From contig CAVXVB010000005.1 of assembly GCA_963765205.1 (NCBI GenBank), forward strand, positions 64,001 through 128,000: a stretch of 64,000 bases of DNA, written 5' to 3'. The position numbers and the translations under genes are program-made. This DNA is from an uncultured Verrucomicrobiae bacterium (GTDB lineage: Bacteria > Verrucomicrobiota > Verrucomicrobiia > Opitutales > JABDGR01). The first letter of the stretch is position 1, and each line of letters starts with the position of its first letter. The notes below the pieces were generated by a model. It worked only from the letters and a program-made list of their open reading frames with translations, did not search any database and had not been told where the DNA came from. Of the stretch, positions 9,506-17,871 are shown piece after piece.

Positions 9506-10353
9506 CGGCGCTGCTAATCCCGCTGCTTGCAACCGTTGCGCTGGCCGATCCGCCCGCGCCGCATCCAAGCGTCGTCAAGCAGTTCCCCTTGGATGAGCGC
9601 ACGGTTTACGAAATTCCCATCGGGCGTGACGTGCCTACCACGCTCATGTTCCCTTCGGCGATTTCCGCCATTGATAGCGCAAACGTGTCGGGCAATCCTG
9701 ATACCCCTGCGCCTGTGATGCTGGCCTATACGCCGGGACAGTATTTTTTCAGCGTGCGGGCAATGACGCCGGGGGCCAAGGGCGCGGTGAACGTGGTGTG
9801 GCACAATCGCACGTTTGTCATTCGGTTCGCGGAAGGCGCGGAGCCGTATGGCTCGGTGACGTTCTACGACGATGATTTCGCGGGCCGTGACCATGCGGTG
9901 CAAAAACGGGTCACGCCGGAAACCCTGTTGGGCCTGCTCGACCGCGCCAAGAGTTACCAATTGATCGAAATGCAATATCCCGAGGCTGTGCAGCAAATTG
10001 AGCACGCGGAGCCGGGCAGCATCAGTTATTACAAGGATTTTCAAGTGACGGTGGAAGAGGTCTTTCGCTTCGACCCCGAGGATACGCTGGTTTTCAAACT
10101 GAAATTGGAAAACATGGGCGATGTGGAAATCCATTACCAGCCGCAACGGCTGGCCGTCCGGGTTGGGCAAAACGTCTATTATGCCTCCATCGTGGATGCC
10201 TCCGGCATCATTCCGCCCAAAGCAGTAACGACAGCCTACTTTGCGGTTACCGGCAGCCCCACCGGGGGGCGAGCCAACCTGAGCATTAAGAATACTTTCA
10301 ACATCATCGTCACGCGCATTGAGCGTGACGTGAAACTTATCGTTCCCCAATAG
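9478..10353 (+). CDS. VirB9/TraK-like outer-membrane core protein
   Basis: Signal peptide, beta-rich, PTTLMFPSAI motif, located between VirB8-like and VirB10-like genes. Confidence 0.6.
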   Translation: MEIRLHFKLAALLIPLLATVALADPPAPHPSVVKQFPLDERTVYEIPIGRDVPTTLMFPSAISAIDSANVSGNPDTPAPVMLAYTPGQYFFSVRAMTPGAKGAVNVVWHNRTFVIRFAEGAEPYGSVTFYDDDFAGRDHAVQKRVTPETLLGLLDRAKSYQLIEMQYPEAVQQIEHAEPGSISYYKDFQVTVEEVFRFDPEDTLVFKLKLENMGDVEIHYQPQRLAVRVGQNVYYASIVDASGIIPPKAVTTAYFAVTGSPTGGRANLSIKNTFNIIVTRIERDVKLIVPQ

Positions 10354-10355
10354 CC

Positions 10356-11369
10356 ATGCGCGTCATCGCTTTTTTGAAGTCTCCAATGGGCAACCTGGCC
10401 CTCTTCTTCGGTTTCATCGCCGCGGGTGGTTTGTTGCTTTATCAAAGCAACGCGCGGGCGCGGGCACAATCGGCTCAAATGACGAAAATCGAGGGGGCTG
10501 GCCCTGCGATGTCGGCGGCGTCAATTTTCCGCACTTCAGTGCCGTTCAAGCCACCCGCAGCGGCGGCTGATGGCGACGCGGAGCCAGCCTCGGCAGCGGT
10601 GAAAGCAAAGGCCCCAAGTGGGCCAAAGCCGCTGCCCATTTCCCTTTTCATCGCGGGCAAAACGGCGCAAGACGCCCAGGAATTGTCGAAAAACTACGCG
10701 CCTTTTGGTCGCCTGATTCCCTGTGAGACAGTTATCACTTTGGAGTCTTCTAAACTTGATACGCCGGTTATCGGCCTCGTTACTGAAGATGTCTGGAACA
10801 ATGGACGGCTTATCATCCCGGCGGGTGCCGAGGTGCATGGTCGTGCGTCGCTAGACCACTCGCGCGATAGGATAGCGGCTTCCGGGAAGTGGGTCATTGT
10901 CTGGCGGGACGCCAGCAATTTGAACGGCACGGAATTGGTAGTCTCTGGCATCGCGCTCGACCGCGAAAAAGATGACACCACCGGCCAATTCGGCTTGCTG
11001 GATGGTTCGGCGGGCCTCACCGGGGCCATTATCAAGACCGACGATATGGAGGAAATAAAACTTTTCGCCGCGACATTTTTAGCCGGAATGGCGAGCGGGT
11101 TTCAACAACTGCAAACGCAAGTCACGCCGCTGGGCATCGCGCAGATTTCCACCGGCTCGGCCCGTAACGCGGCCCTGCAAGGAACTGCCAGCGTGCTTAA
11201 CCTGTATGCGCAACAAATCCAGGCGGCGATTGAGCAAGACGGGGTCTATGTGCGGGTGCCGACTGGCAAACAGTTTTATCTCTACGTCACCCAAACCGTA
11301 GATCAGGCGCAAGGGACGCGAGACAATCTGAGCAACCAAGAACTCTGGAGGAAAGACAATGCAAAATAG
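10356..11369 (+). CDS. VirB10/TrbI-like protein
   Basis: N-terminal TM, Pro/Ala linker, PVIGLVTEDV..G..IIPAGAEVHG, DGSAGLTG, C-terminal VPTGKQFYLYV. Confidence 0.8.
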   Translation: MRVIAFLKSPMGNLALFFGFIAAGGLLLYQSNARARAQSAQMTKIEGAGPAMSAASIFRTSVPFKPPAAAADGDAEPASAAVKAKAPSGPKPLPISLFIAGKTAQDAQELSKNYAPFGRLIPCETVITLESSKLDTPVIGLVTEDVWNNGRLIIPAGAEVHGRASLDHSRDRIAASGKWVIVWRDASNLNGTELVVSGIALDREKDDTTGQFGLLDGSAGLTGAIIKTDDMEEIKLFAATFLAGMASGFQQLQTQVTPLGIAQISTGSARNAALQGTASVLNLYAQQIQAAIEQDGVYVRVPTGKQFYLYVTQTVDQAQGTRDNLSNQELWRKDNAK

Positions 11370-11859
11370 AATCATCATCTTGCTTTCGATTTTCATTTTG
11401 GCGGGTTGCCAGACAGTGAAAAAGGCTCCCGCGCCGCCTCCGCTGGAGGTGCCACCGCCTGTTGCGGGCACGGAATTAGACCAAAACAACATGGAAAATG
11501 TACGGGTCAGTGAATCACTCAAAGCCTACCCGGTGGGGCGCTTTGTTGACCCCAATAATCCGAATGTCATGGACGAGGCGCATACGGTTTATCGCCGCGA
11601 AGCCGGGGCGGAGTGGAATTTGAATCCCAATGCTCCTACGGTGGTGCCGCTTGGCCCGGTGCTTGCGGTAGCGGACCCGGCCAAGGTGCCTAACCCGCTG
11701 CCGGCGGAATTGGAGCAGAAAATTGCGGAGCAGAATCAACTCATGGCTTCGCTGATTGAGCAAAATGAGGCTCTGGCAGCTCAACTGGCAAAACTAAACA
11801 AAGACATCGCAGACATGCGCGCGAGGCAATCCGTGCCGGGCGGGGAAGGCGGCAAATGA
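11359..11859 (+). CDS. Lipoprotein (T4SS accessory, TraV-like position)
   Basis: Lipobox LAGC, YPVGRFVDP motif, C-terminal coiled coil. Overlaps the VirB10-like stop. Confidence 0.55.
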   Translation: MQNRIIILLSIFILAGCQTVKKAPAPPPLEVPPPVAGTELDQNNMENVRVSESLKAYPVGRFVDPNNPNVMDEAHTVYRREAGAEWNLNPNAPTVVPLGPVLAVADPAKVPNPLPAELEQKIAEQNQLMASLIEQNEALAAQLAKLNKDIADMRARQSVPGGEGGK

Positions 11860-12122
11860 ATCTGGAACTAAAATCACCCCCTGAAGTGGAGGGTTTGACC
11901 GTGATCTTGCCTCCGCATTTGGCGGAAAAATTTGAACGGGCAGACCGCGAGTTGCGTGAGATATACGGCCAGAGTCCGGGTGCTGCGGTTTTGTTGCGGA
12001 TGTGGCTCGGGTATAGTTCAACCACACGTATTCGCCGTGAATTCGAGCACGCCGTTTTGGAAATAGAAAGTCGCAATCCCACCCCTAACGAGGAAGGGGA
12101 TTACGATGAAGACTGCCTATAA
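11856..12122 (+). CDS. Hypothetical protein
   Basis: ATGA-coupled to the preceding gene, 88 aa. Confidence 0.55.
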   Translation: MNLELKSPPEVEGLTVILPPHLAEKFERADRELREIYGQSPGAAVLLRMWLGYSSTTRIRREFEHAVLEIESRNPTPNEEGDYDEDCL

Positions 12123-12212
12123 CTTTGGGCGATATTCGCCCAAACAAGGTCAAGTGCCAATGGCGACCAGCCGCCTTGGTTAAATAATGGCTGGGGAAAA
12201 ACAGGAGGCATT

Positions 12213-12587
12213 ATGCCAACACTAAAACAGTCAATCGCCGAGAAAAAGGCGCAGGAACCGGGGCTTCGCAGGAATCCTGAAATTGATGCCAAGCTGGATC
12301 AATTCATTCAGGAAAACTCGAAACTCCGCGAGTTCTACCAGGGCCTGAGCAAGGAGGATCTGATCCGCAAGCTCATGCTCGCGAAAATGCAACGCAGCGA
12401 ATACACCAACGGCCGCAATCAGGAGATTCGGGCGTGGGTGGAAGAGCACCCCGAGATCAAGGCAAAGATCGAGGAGCGCATCCGCAACGTCCCGGAGGCG
12501 AAACGTGAACGCGCGTTCTTGAACGCCGCGAAAACGGAAGCCATGAACCAGACGGTGCGCGCCAACGGCAACGGCGTCCGCCCGTAG
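12213..12587 (+). CDS. Hypothetical helical protein
   Basis: Good AGGAGG RBS and followed by a terminator. Internal repeat NPEIDAKL / HPEIKAKI. Confidence 0.7.
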   Translation: MPTLKQSIAEKKAQEPGLRRNPEIDAKLDQFIQENSKLREFYQGLSKEDLIRKLMLAKMQRSEYTNGRNQEIRAWVEEHPEIKAKIEERIRNVPEAKRERAFLNAAKTEAMNQTVRANGNGVRP

Positions 12588-12604
12588 CTGCGGCGGTTCC
12601 GGAG

Positions 12605-12638
12605 GGCGGTGGGCGCTTTTGCGCCCGCCGCCTTTTTT
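12605..12638 (+). terminator. Rho-independent terminator
   Basis: GGCGGTGGGCGC-TTTT-GCGCCCGCCGCC forms a 12-bp stem (one G-U pair) followed by TTTTTT. Confidence 0.85.
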
Positions 12639-12832
12639 GATAACGCAATGGAGGATTAACCAATTACACAAGTACGGAAGAGCTTGATGTTCAAGGGGAA
12701 ACTTTCAATATACCCACGGATAGATTTCAATAAGGGTGAAAAGAACATTTTTATGCTTGCAGATGCTTACAACAGAGTTCATCGTGAATTTCCAAATTAG
12801 GGCAACAACACTTAACTTAATTTCATCCTCCC

Positions 12833-13264
12833 ATGAGCTTTCCTTCAATCAAAGAAAAGTTAACCACCTTCGCGGCTGGGCTCGGTACCGACCAGCAGAA
12901 CCAGCTTCAACGTATTTTAGAAGCCGCTGAGGCAAGTATAAAAAATCCGGCGTTAAAATCCGGGATGGCTCCAAAGAATCCCAAAATTCGCGAAGAAAAG
13001 TCGAATTCGGATCCTTACGCAGAAGCTGGCTTATATGTAAAGCCCATGTCGGCACACGAAGTTGTCGGTCGCGAGCACAAGCCAAATCCAGACCCCTATG
13101 AGCAAGGTGGTCTTTATACGAAGCCGATGTCAGCTCACGAACTTGTAGGCCACGAAAGCAAAACGAATGCTGACCCTTATGAGCAAGGTGGCCTTTATGT
13201 AAAGCCGATGTCGGCTCATGAACTCGTTGGACGCGATGACAAAACGGGTTCGGCTCAAGAATAA
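12833..13264 (+). CDS. Putative multi-core RiPP precursor peptide
   Basis: 143 aa: a helical N-terminal leader-like segment plus three tandem 27-aa repeats containing DPYxxxGLYxKPMSAHExVG. Directly upstream of modification enzymes. Confidence 0.75.
   Translation: MSFPSIKEKLTTFAAGLGTDQQNQLQRILEAAEASIKNPALKSGMAPKNPKIREEKSNSDPYAEAGLYVKPMSAHEVVGREHKPNPDPYEQGGLYTKPMSAHELVGHESKTNADPYEQGGLYVKPMSAHELVGRDDKTGSAQE
12989..13231 (+). repeat. 3 x 81-nt in-frame tandem repeat
   Basis: REEKSNSDPYAEAGLYVKPMSAHEVVG / REHKPNPDPYEQGGLYTKPMSAHELVG / HESKTNADPYEQGGLYVKPMSAHELVG. Many differences in the conserved motif are synonymous. Confidence 0.95.
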
Positions 13265-13463
13265 ACATTTAACAATCTGAGAACGACATGGTTAGTTGAA
13301 GCGCAGTTAATTACTCGCTGACCAGAAACAGGCCATCAAAACTAGAGATTATATGTGCTTTGCAGCACAAAATCGACCGTGCTGCAATACATTGAAGTAG
13401 TATTCTATTGGCTCGACCTAACCACTGGTCCAACGGGTAGACCAGATTGTTTGGATACCATCT

Positions 13464-14207
13464 ATGACTACGCCGATGTCAACAGATTTGAGCCGAGAAT
13501 TGAGTTTCTTCGCTAACACCTCACTCGAACCGGAGGAAAGAGAAACGGTTCGCTTGTGTCTTGGAACTGCTGTTGGTGAGTTTATCGACAAGAAAACATT
13601 AGAGCCGTTGCCCGACCGGCAAAATGCTGTGCGCGATATAAGCGGAACTCTTAATTTAATGAACCCGCTCGGGAATGTTATCCCACAGAGTGGCATATTA
13701 TTCACTGGTCGCCCAACTTTCATAACTGACGAACTTCTGCATTCACTAAAGGAAGAAGCCCGATTACAATATCGTAAGGCAATATTCAATTATTAACAGT
13801 ATTTGGGCGATGGCGGCCCAATAGCGATTAGCTTAAGTCGGTCCGCACGATTGCTCGGAATAATCTCAACGATTTCGCACTGCTCATTTATGCCAAATTC
13901 GGCGAGTTTTCTTTACTACAATTATCCTGGCTCTCGTGTTTTGCCCCATGTAGACAATAGGAGATTTTTTATCAATGTTCTTCTGATGATAGAGCATAAT
14001 GGGGTGCATGAATTAAGGCCTTCTTGCACGGTCGTTTACCCGCCGAACGGACCGCCACAATATTTCGACCTACAACCTGGAGAAATGTTAATATTTTGTG
14101 CCGCATACGTGCCCCATGCACGTAGTCCAGTAGCGGGCGACGAAACTGTCACGGTTTTGTCTCTCGGATATGAGTTGCAAACCGTTAACTTACAACCCGC
14201 AATTTAA
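13464..14207 (+). pseudogene. Fe(II)/2-oxoglutarate oxygenase interrupted by one in-frame TAA (13794-13796)
   Basis: ORFs 13464-13796 and 13803-14207 share a frame and together align end-to-end with the paralog at 16769-17512. PHVD (HxD) and distal PHAR motifs are intact. Confidence 0.75.
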
Positions 14208-14209
14208 CT

Positions 14210-16219
14210 GTGGTGTCGCGATCAGGTAACTATGTTCTTGGAATTCATTTAGGCCACGATGCGTCATGCGCAGTGGTGCGCGACGGTGTATTACTAGCCG
14301 CGGTTCAAGCAGAACGAATTACAAGAAAAAAGCATCAAATTCAGCACACCCTTTCGGACGCTCTTCCAATTAAAGCGGTCTTACGAGCTGCGGCTATTGA
14401 GTTGGCCGATGTTCGACTAATAGTTTCAAGTTTCCAAGGAATGGCTCCTGGCGGGTTTGGGTTACACACACCTCTTATAGACCCAGGTTTCAATTCTTTC
14501 GACCCTTTTGATGAAAGACATTTCTGTATTTCACATCATTTAGCTCATGCGTATTACGGGTTTGGAAGTTCGGGATTCTCAGATGCTGCGGTCCTTGTAT
14601 GTGACATGGCAGGGTCGTCGACGCACGATGGGAACGACTATTGCTTGCCTTTCCGACGCTGGCACGATGGGCTTACAAGCTTTGAAAAGGTGCCTGCCAC
14701 AAAAACAGAAACTCTCTCAATATACCATGCGACAATGAGCGGGATTGAGTTAAAGGAGCGACAGTTTTGGATAAGCCATGTTCAACCTCATTCTTATATC
14801 CAGAGCGCTACAACGTTATACGAGAATGTTTCATTTGCGGTGTTTCGTAGGCACAATTGCCATGGGCAGCTAATGGCGTTAGCCGCCTTTTCGGATGAGA
14901 AAAACGGTCTCGTCACTTGGGAATCAATTATAGACACGGATAGTGCTTGCGCCATACAATTCAAAAACAATTGGCAACATCGAATTCCGACTGAAATGAC
15001 CTTTAGCGCCTCCGCATCTTTAGCACATGCTTGCCAAATAGCATTTGAATATTGCATTTTAGCTCACGTTAGGAACGCTAAACGGTTGGTGTTGTCTGAT
15101 AATCTAGTAGGATCAGGAGGTGCGTTTTTAAATATTCCTGCGAACACAAAAGTTTACGACAGTCATGTTTTCAATCGTTACTTTGTTCCCAGCGCGCCTC
15201 ATGACGCTGGAATATCTGCGGGTTGCGCGTTCTGGGGAGACCGTTTTCTTCGACGTGAGCAATACTTTTTTGCAAATACGCCAGCGCCATGCAGAGCGAA
15301 TGATCGGCTTGGTGTTCAATATTCAAGAGTGGAGATATTAGATGCTTTACGGCGATTTGATTACTTTGTTGAATTTGAAGCCGCGTCCCCGACGGTAGTA
15401 GCTGAAAAACTCTTTGCTGGGCGTATTCTAGCCCGTTATTCAGGAAGAGCCGAATTTGGCCCAAGGGCACTTGGCGGTCGAAGTTTATTAGCATCGCCCT
15501 TGTTGGAAGCAACAAAAGTGCGAATGAATCACATAAAGGGGCGCCAACCTTGGAGGCCAGTGGCACCGGTAATACTGGAAAACCATGTCCACGAGTTCTT
15601 TGTTGGTCCAGCAAGTAGTCCCTACATGTTATTTTCATATCGGGTTAGACCCGAGGTTGTCGATCAATTACCCGCGCTGCATCACCCTGACAATTCAACG
15701 CGCCCGCAGACATTACAACGAGCAGATGATGAGGATTTGTACGACCTGATCTCTGCATTTTCCAAGCTAAGCGGCGTTCCCATTCTTGTAAATACCTCGC
15801 TCAATGGCGCTGGTGAAGCAATGATAGAAACGCCAAATGAAGCTGTGCAGTTCTTTCTCGACCATGAGGACGTAGATGATTTACTCATCGACGGCTGGAT
15901 GGTTTCGCGGCGGGGAACTTGGGACGATGAGCGCCTGAAGAATCTACGCTTGAGACTACCTAGCCATACGCGAATAGAGTTAGTTCTTGATGAAGCTGAG
16001 TGGACTGCATTCGTACATAACGGGCGTGTTTCCCAAAAGATGAGTTTGAAGCTTGCGGGTGTACTTGTGACATGCACTGGTAACGAAACAGCGGGAAGAA
16101 TTTTGCAGAAACTTGACGATGAAGCGACCCGGAATTTCTTATACAAGCTTCTCGCAATTGGTCTTGTCGAGGTGGATGGCGACCCGATGCCTATCGAAGA
16201 TAACGGAGGGACATTCTAA
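14210..16219 (+). CDS. NodU/CmcH/TobZ-family carbamoyltransferase with C-terminal RRE/winged-helix-like extension
   Basis: GHDASCAV, ERITRKKH, HHLAHA, EFGPRALGGRS, KGRQPWRPVAP, NTSLN. About 90 extra C-terminal residues. Confidence 0.9.
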   Translation: MVSRSGNYVLGIHLGHDASCAVVRDGVLLAAVQAERITRKKHQIQHTLSDALPIKAVLRAAAIELADVRLIVSSFQGMAPGGFGLHTPLIDPGFNSFDPFDERHFCISHHLAHAYYGFGSSGFSDAAVLVCDMAGSSTHDGNDYCLPFRRWHDGLTSFEKVPATKTETLSIYHATMSGIELKERQFWISHVQPHSYIQSATTLYENVSFAVFRRHNCHGQLMALAAFSDEKNGLVTWESIIDTDSACAIQFKNNWQHRIPTEMTFSASASLAHACQIAFEYCILAHVRNAKRLVLSDNLVGSGGAFLNIPANTKVYDSHVFNRYFVPSAPHDAGISAGCAFWGDRFLRREQYFFANTPAPCRANDRLGVQYSRVEILDALRRFDYFVEFEAASPTVVAEKLFAGRILARYSGRAEFGPRALGGRSLLASPLLEATKVRMNHIKGRQPWRPVAPVILENHVHEFFVGPASSPYMLFSYRVRPEVVDQLPALHHPDNSTRPQTLQRADDEDLYDLISAFSKLSGVPILVNTSLNGAGEAMIETPNEAVQFFLDHEDVDDLLIDGWMVSRRGTWDDERLKNLRLRLPSHTRIELVLDEAEWTAFVHNGRVSQKMSLKLAGVLVTCTGNETAGRILQKLDDEATRNFLYKLLAIGLVEVDGDPMPIEDNGGTF

Positions 16220-16767
16220 TGATACACCGTACCCCAATTACTTCAGAAACTCTAGTTACGCGCCGGTTACACCTGGAGTTTTTTAAGAAAGATCATGCCA
16301 TGTGTTTATTCAAGGGGTTACAGGACCCTCGAATTTATCTATTTATTCCTGATGATCCTCCGGCTGATTTAAGCGTGCTTCAAAAGAGGTATGAAATATT
16401 AGAAAAGGGGGTATCGCCTAACGGAGAGGAATTATGGCTTAATTGGGCAATCCAGTTGCAAAATGGAACTTATATCGGTTACGTTCAAGCGACTGTGTTT
16501 CAAGACGACACCGCATCGTTAGCCTATGTAGTCTTTCCTCAATTTTGGCGTAAAGGTTATGCGAAAGAAGCATGTCAACGAGTAGTAAACTTTCTATTCG
16601 AAGGCAAGCATGCCGCATTGATTACTGCGAACACGAATACGAAAAACGAAGCATCTATAGCGCTTCTGCATTCGCTTGGCTTTTATCATGTGCGGTCAAT
16701 ATCCAATGCTGAAACAATAAGGGGGGTTCCAAGCGATGAACATGTATTCCATCTCTCGAAAAGCTGA
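16219..16767 (+). CDS. GNAT acetyltransferase (RimJ/RimL-like)
   Basis: TRRLHL, FWRKGYAKEA (acetyl-CoA binding), NEASIALLHSLGF. TAATG-coupled to the carbamoyltransferase. Confidence 0.85.
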   Translation: MIHRTPITSETLVTRRLHLEFFKKDHAMCLFKGLQDPRIYLFIPDDPPADLSVLQKRYEILEKGVSPNGEELWLNWAIQLQNGTYIGYVQATVFQDDTASLAYVVFPQFWRKGYAKEACQRVVNFLFEGKHAALITANTNTKNEASIALLHSLGFYHVRSISNAETIRGVPSDEHVFHLSKS

Positions 16768-16768
16768 T

Positions 16769-17512
16769 ATGCAAGGCAAAGATGCCATGGAAGAGAAACA
16801 AGCCGGATCGACAACGCTTGCCGAGTCGCTATCGTCATTCGGCAATACACTAAACCCGGAAGAACAAAGCGCACTGCGGAAAGTTTTGGCGGTTGCTATT
16901 CCAGAGCTTATTCCAAACAATGGTTCACTTCCGTCTGAGCTAGATGCTGCTGTTAAATTTGCAACTGTTTGTGAATGTCTGAGGTCTCTTCAGCCATTCT
17001 CTCGTCGGATTCCTGAAAATGGAATTGTCTTTCACGGTCGCCCGTCATGGCTTACTGATACATTGCTGAGTAAATTACAGATTGAAGCTGAGGAAACTCG
17101 GCCTTCCGCTATTGTACAACACGGCCATTTTCTAGGAAAAGGTGGTTTGCTAGCAGACCAACTTGCTTTTGATGAAGGGGTGCTCCAATGGGTAATCAGG
17201 TATGCCGGAACCTCAAAACCGACTGGCATTGCCAGCTACATTCATTATGAGCAGGAAGGAGATGGGCTATATCCCCATGTTGATACAGATATTTTCGCCA
17301 TTAACGTATTAGTGATGTTGAAACACGTATACCCATCTCATGGTCCAGTGTCTGAAACGTGCGTTTATCCAAATGGGAATCGGGTTGAGAAATACGATCT
17401 AAAACCAGGTGAGACGATCATGATGTTTGGCGGCAGCGTCGTCCATGCGCGCCTTCCGCTTCAAAAGGGCGAAATGGTTCGTATCGTAACATTTGGCTTT
17501 CAGCCGATGTGA
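16769..17512 (+). CDS. Fe(II)/2-oxoglutarate oxygenase (intact paralog)
   Basis: YIHY..G..LYPHVD (HxD), VVHAR (distal His). Paralogous to 13464-14207. Start is 16769 or 16787. Confidence 0.75.
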   Translation: MQGKDAMEEKQAGSTTLAESLSSFGNTLNPEEQSALRKVLAVAIPELIPNNGSLPSELDAAVKFATVCECLRSLQPFSRRIPENGIVFHGRPSWLTDTLLSKLQIEAEETRPSAIVQHGHFLGKGGLLADQLAFDEGVLQWVIRYAGTSKPTGIASYIHYEQEGDGLYPHVDTDIFAINVLVMLKHVYPSHGPVSETCVYPNGNRVEKYDLKPGETIMMFGGSVVHARLPLQKGEMVRIVTFGFQPM

Positions 17513-17667
17513 AATATTATTTTGCTTGTGTGATGCAAAATGTTGCTGGTTCGCCTGAGAAGTCTTTCGACAATATAAACATTATGATCAATGCAGGGAA
17601 TCGCAACCGTTATGGCTGAGAATTCCCTTTGACTGGAAAATGCCCTTTCGATTACCTACGAATCACT

Positions 17668-17850
17668 ATGACAAAAAAATCCAGAAAACCACCTCAATCA
17701 GCGCGTGCCAAGGGCATGACGCAAATTTCCATTAGTCTTCCCGAGGGGCTTGTCGGGAAGATTGATGCGATGGCTGGCGCTGAAAATCGCAATCGCTCTA
17801 ATTTTATCGCCAATACGCTTCAAGCCTTGGCGACAAAATCGGGTGTGTAA
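17668..17850 (+). CDS. Ribbon-helix-helix (CopG/MetJ-like) DNA-binding protein
   Basis: TQISISLPEGLVGKIDAMAGAENRNRSNFI fits the RHH pattern. Confidence 0.75.
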   Translation: MTKKSRKPPQSARAKGMTQISISLPEGLVGKIDAMAGAENRNRSNFIANTLQALATKSGV

Positions 17851-17871
17851 TGCCGCTTTTGCGTGAGGCAG

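Noticed and set aside
12989..13231. Tandem repeats as a CRISPR array
   Set aside because: The 81-nt period is in frame with synonymous variation, there are no unique spacers, and no cas genes are present.
12849..13268. Antisense 139-aa ORF over the precursor
   Set aside because: Shadow ORF. Its repeats are less conserved than those of the sense frame and it opposes the operon.
13794..13796. Selenocysteine or pyrrolysine recoding
   Set aside because: The codon is TAA, not TGA or TAG, and it aligns to a non-catalytic position.
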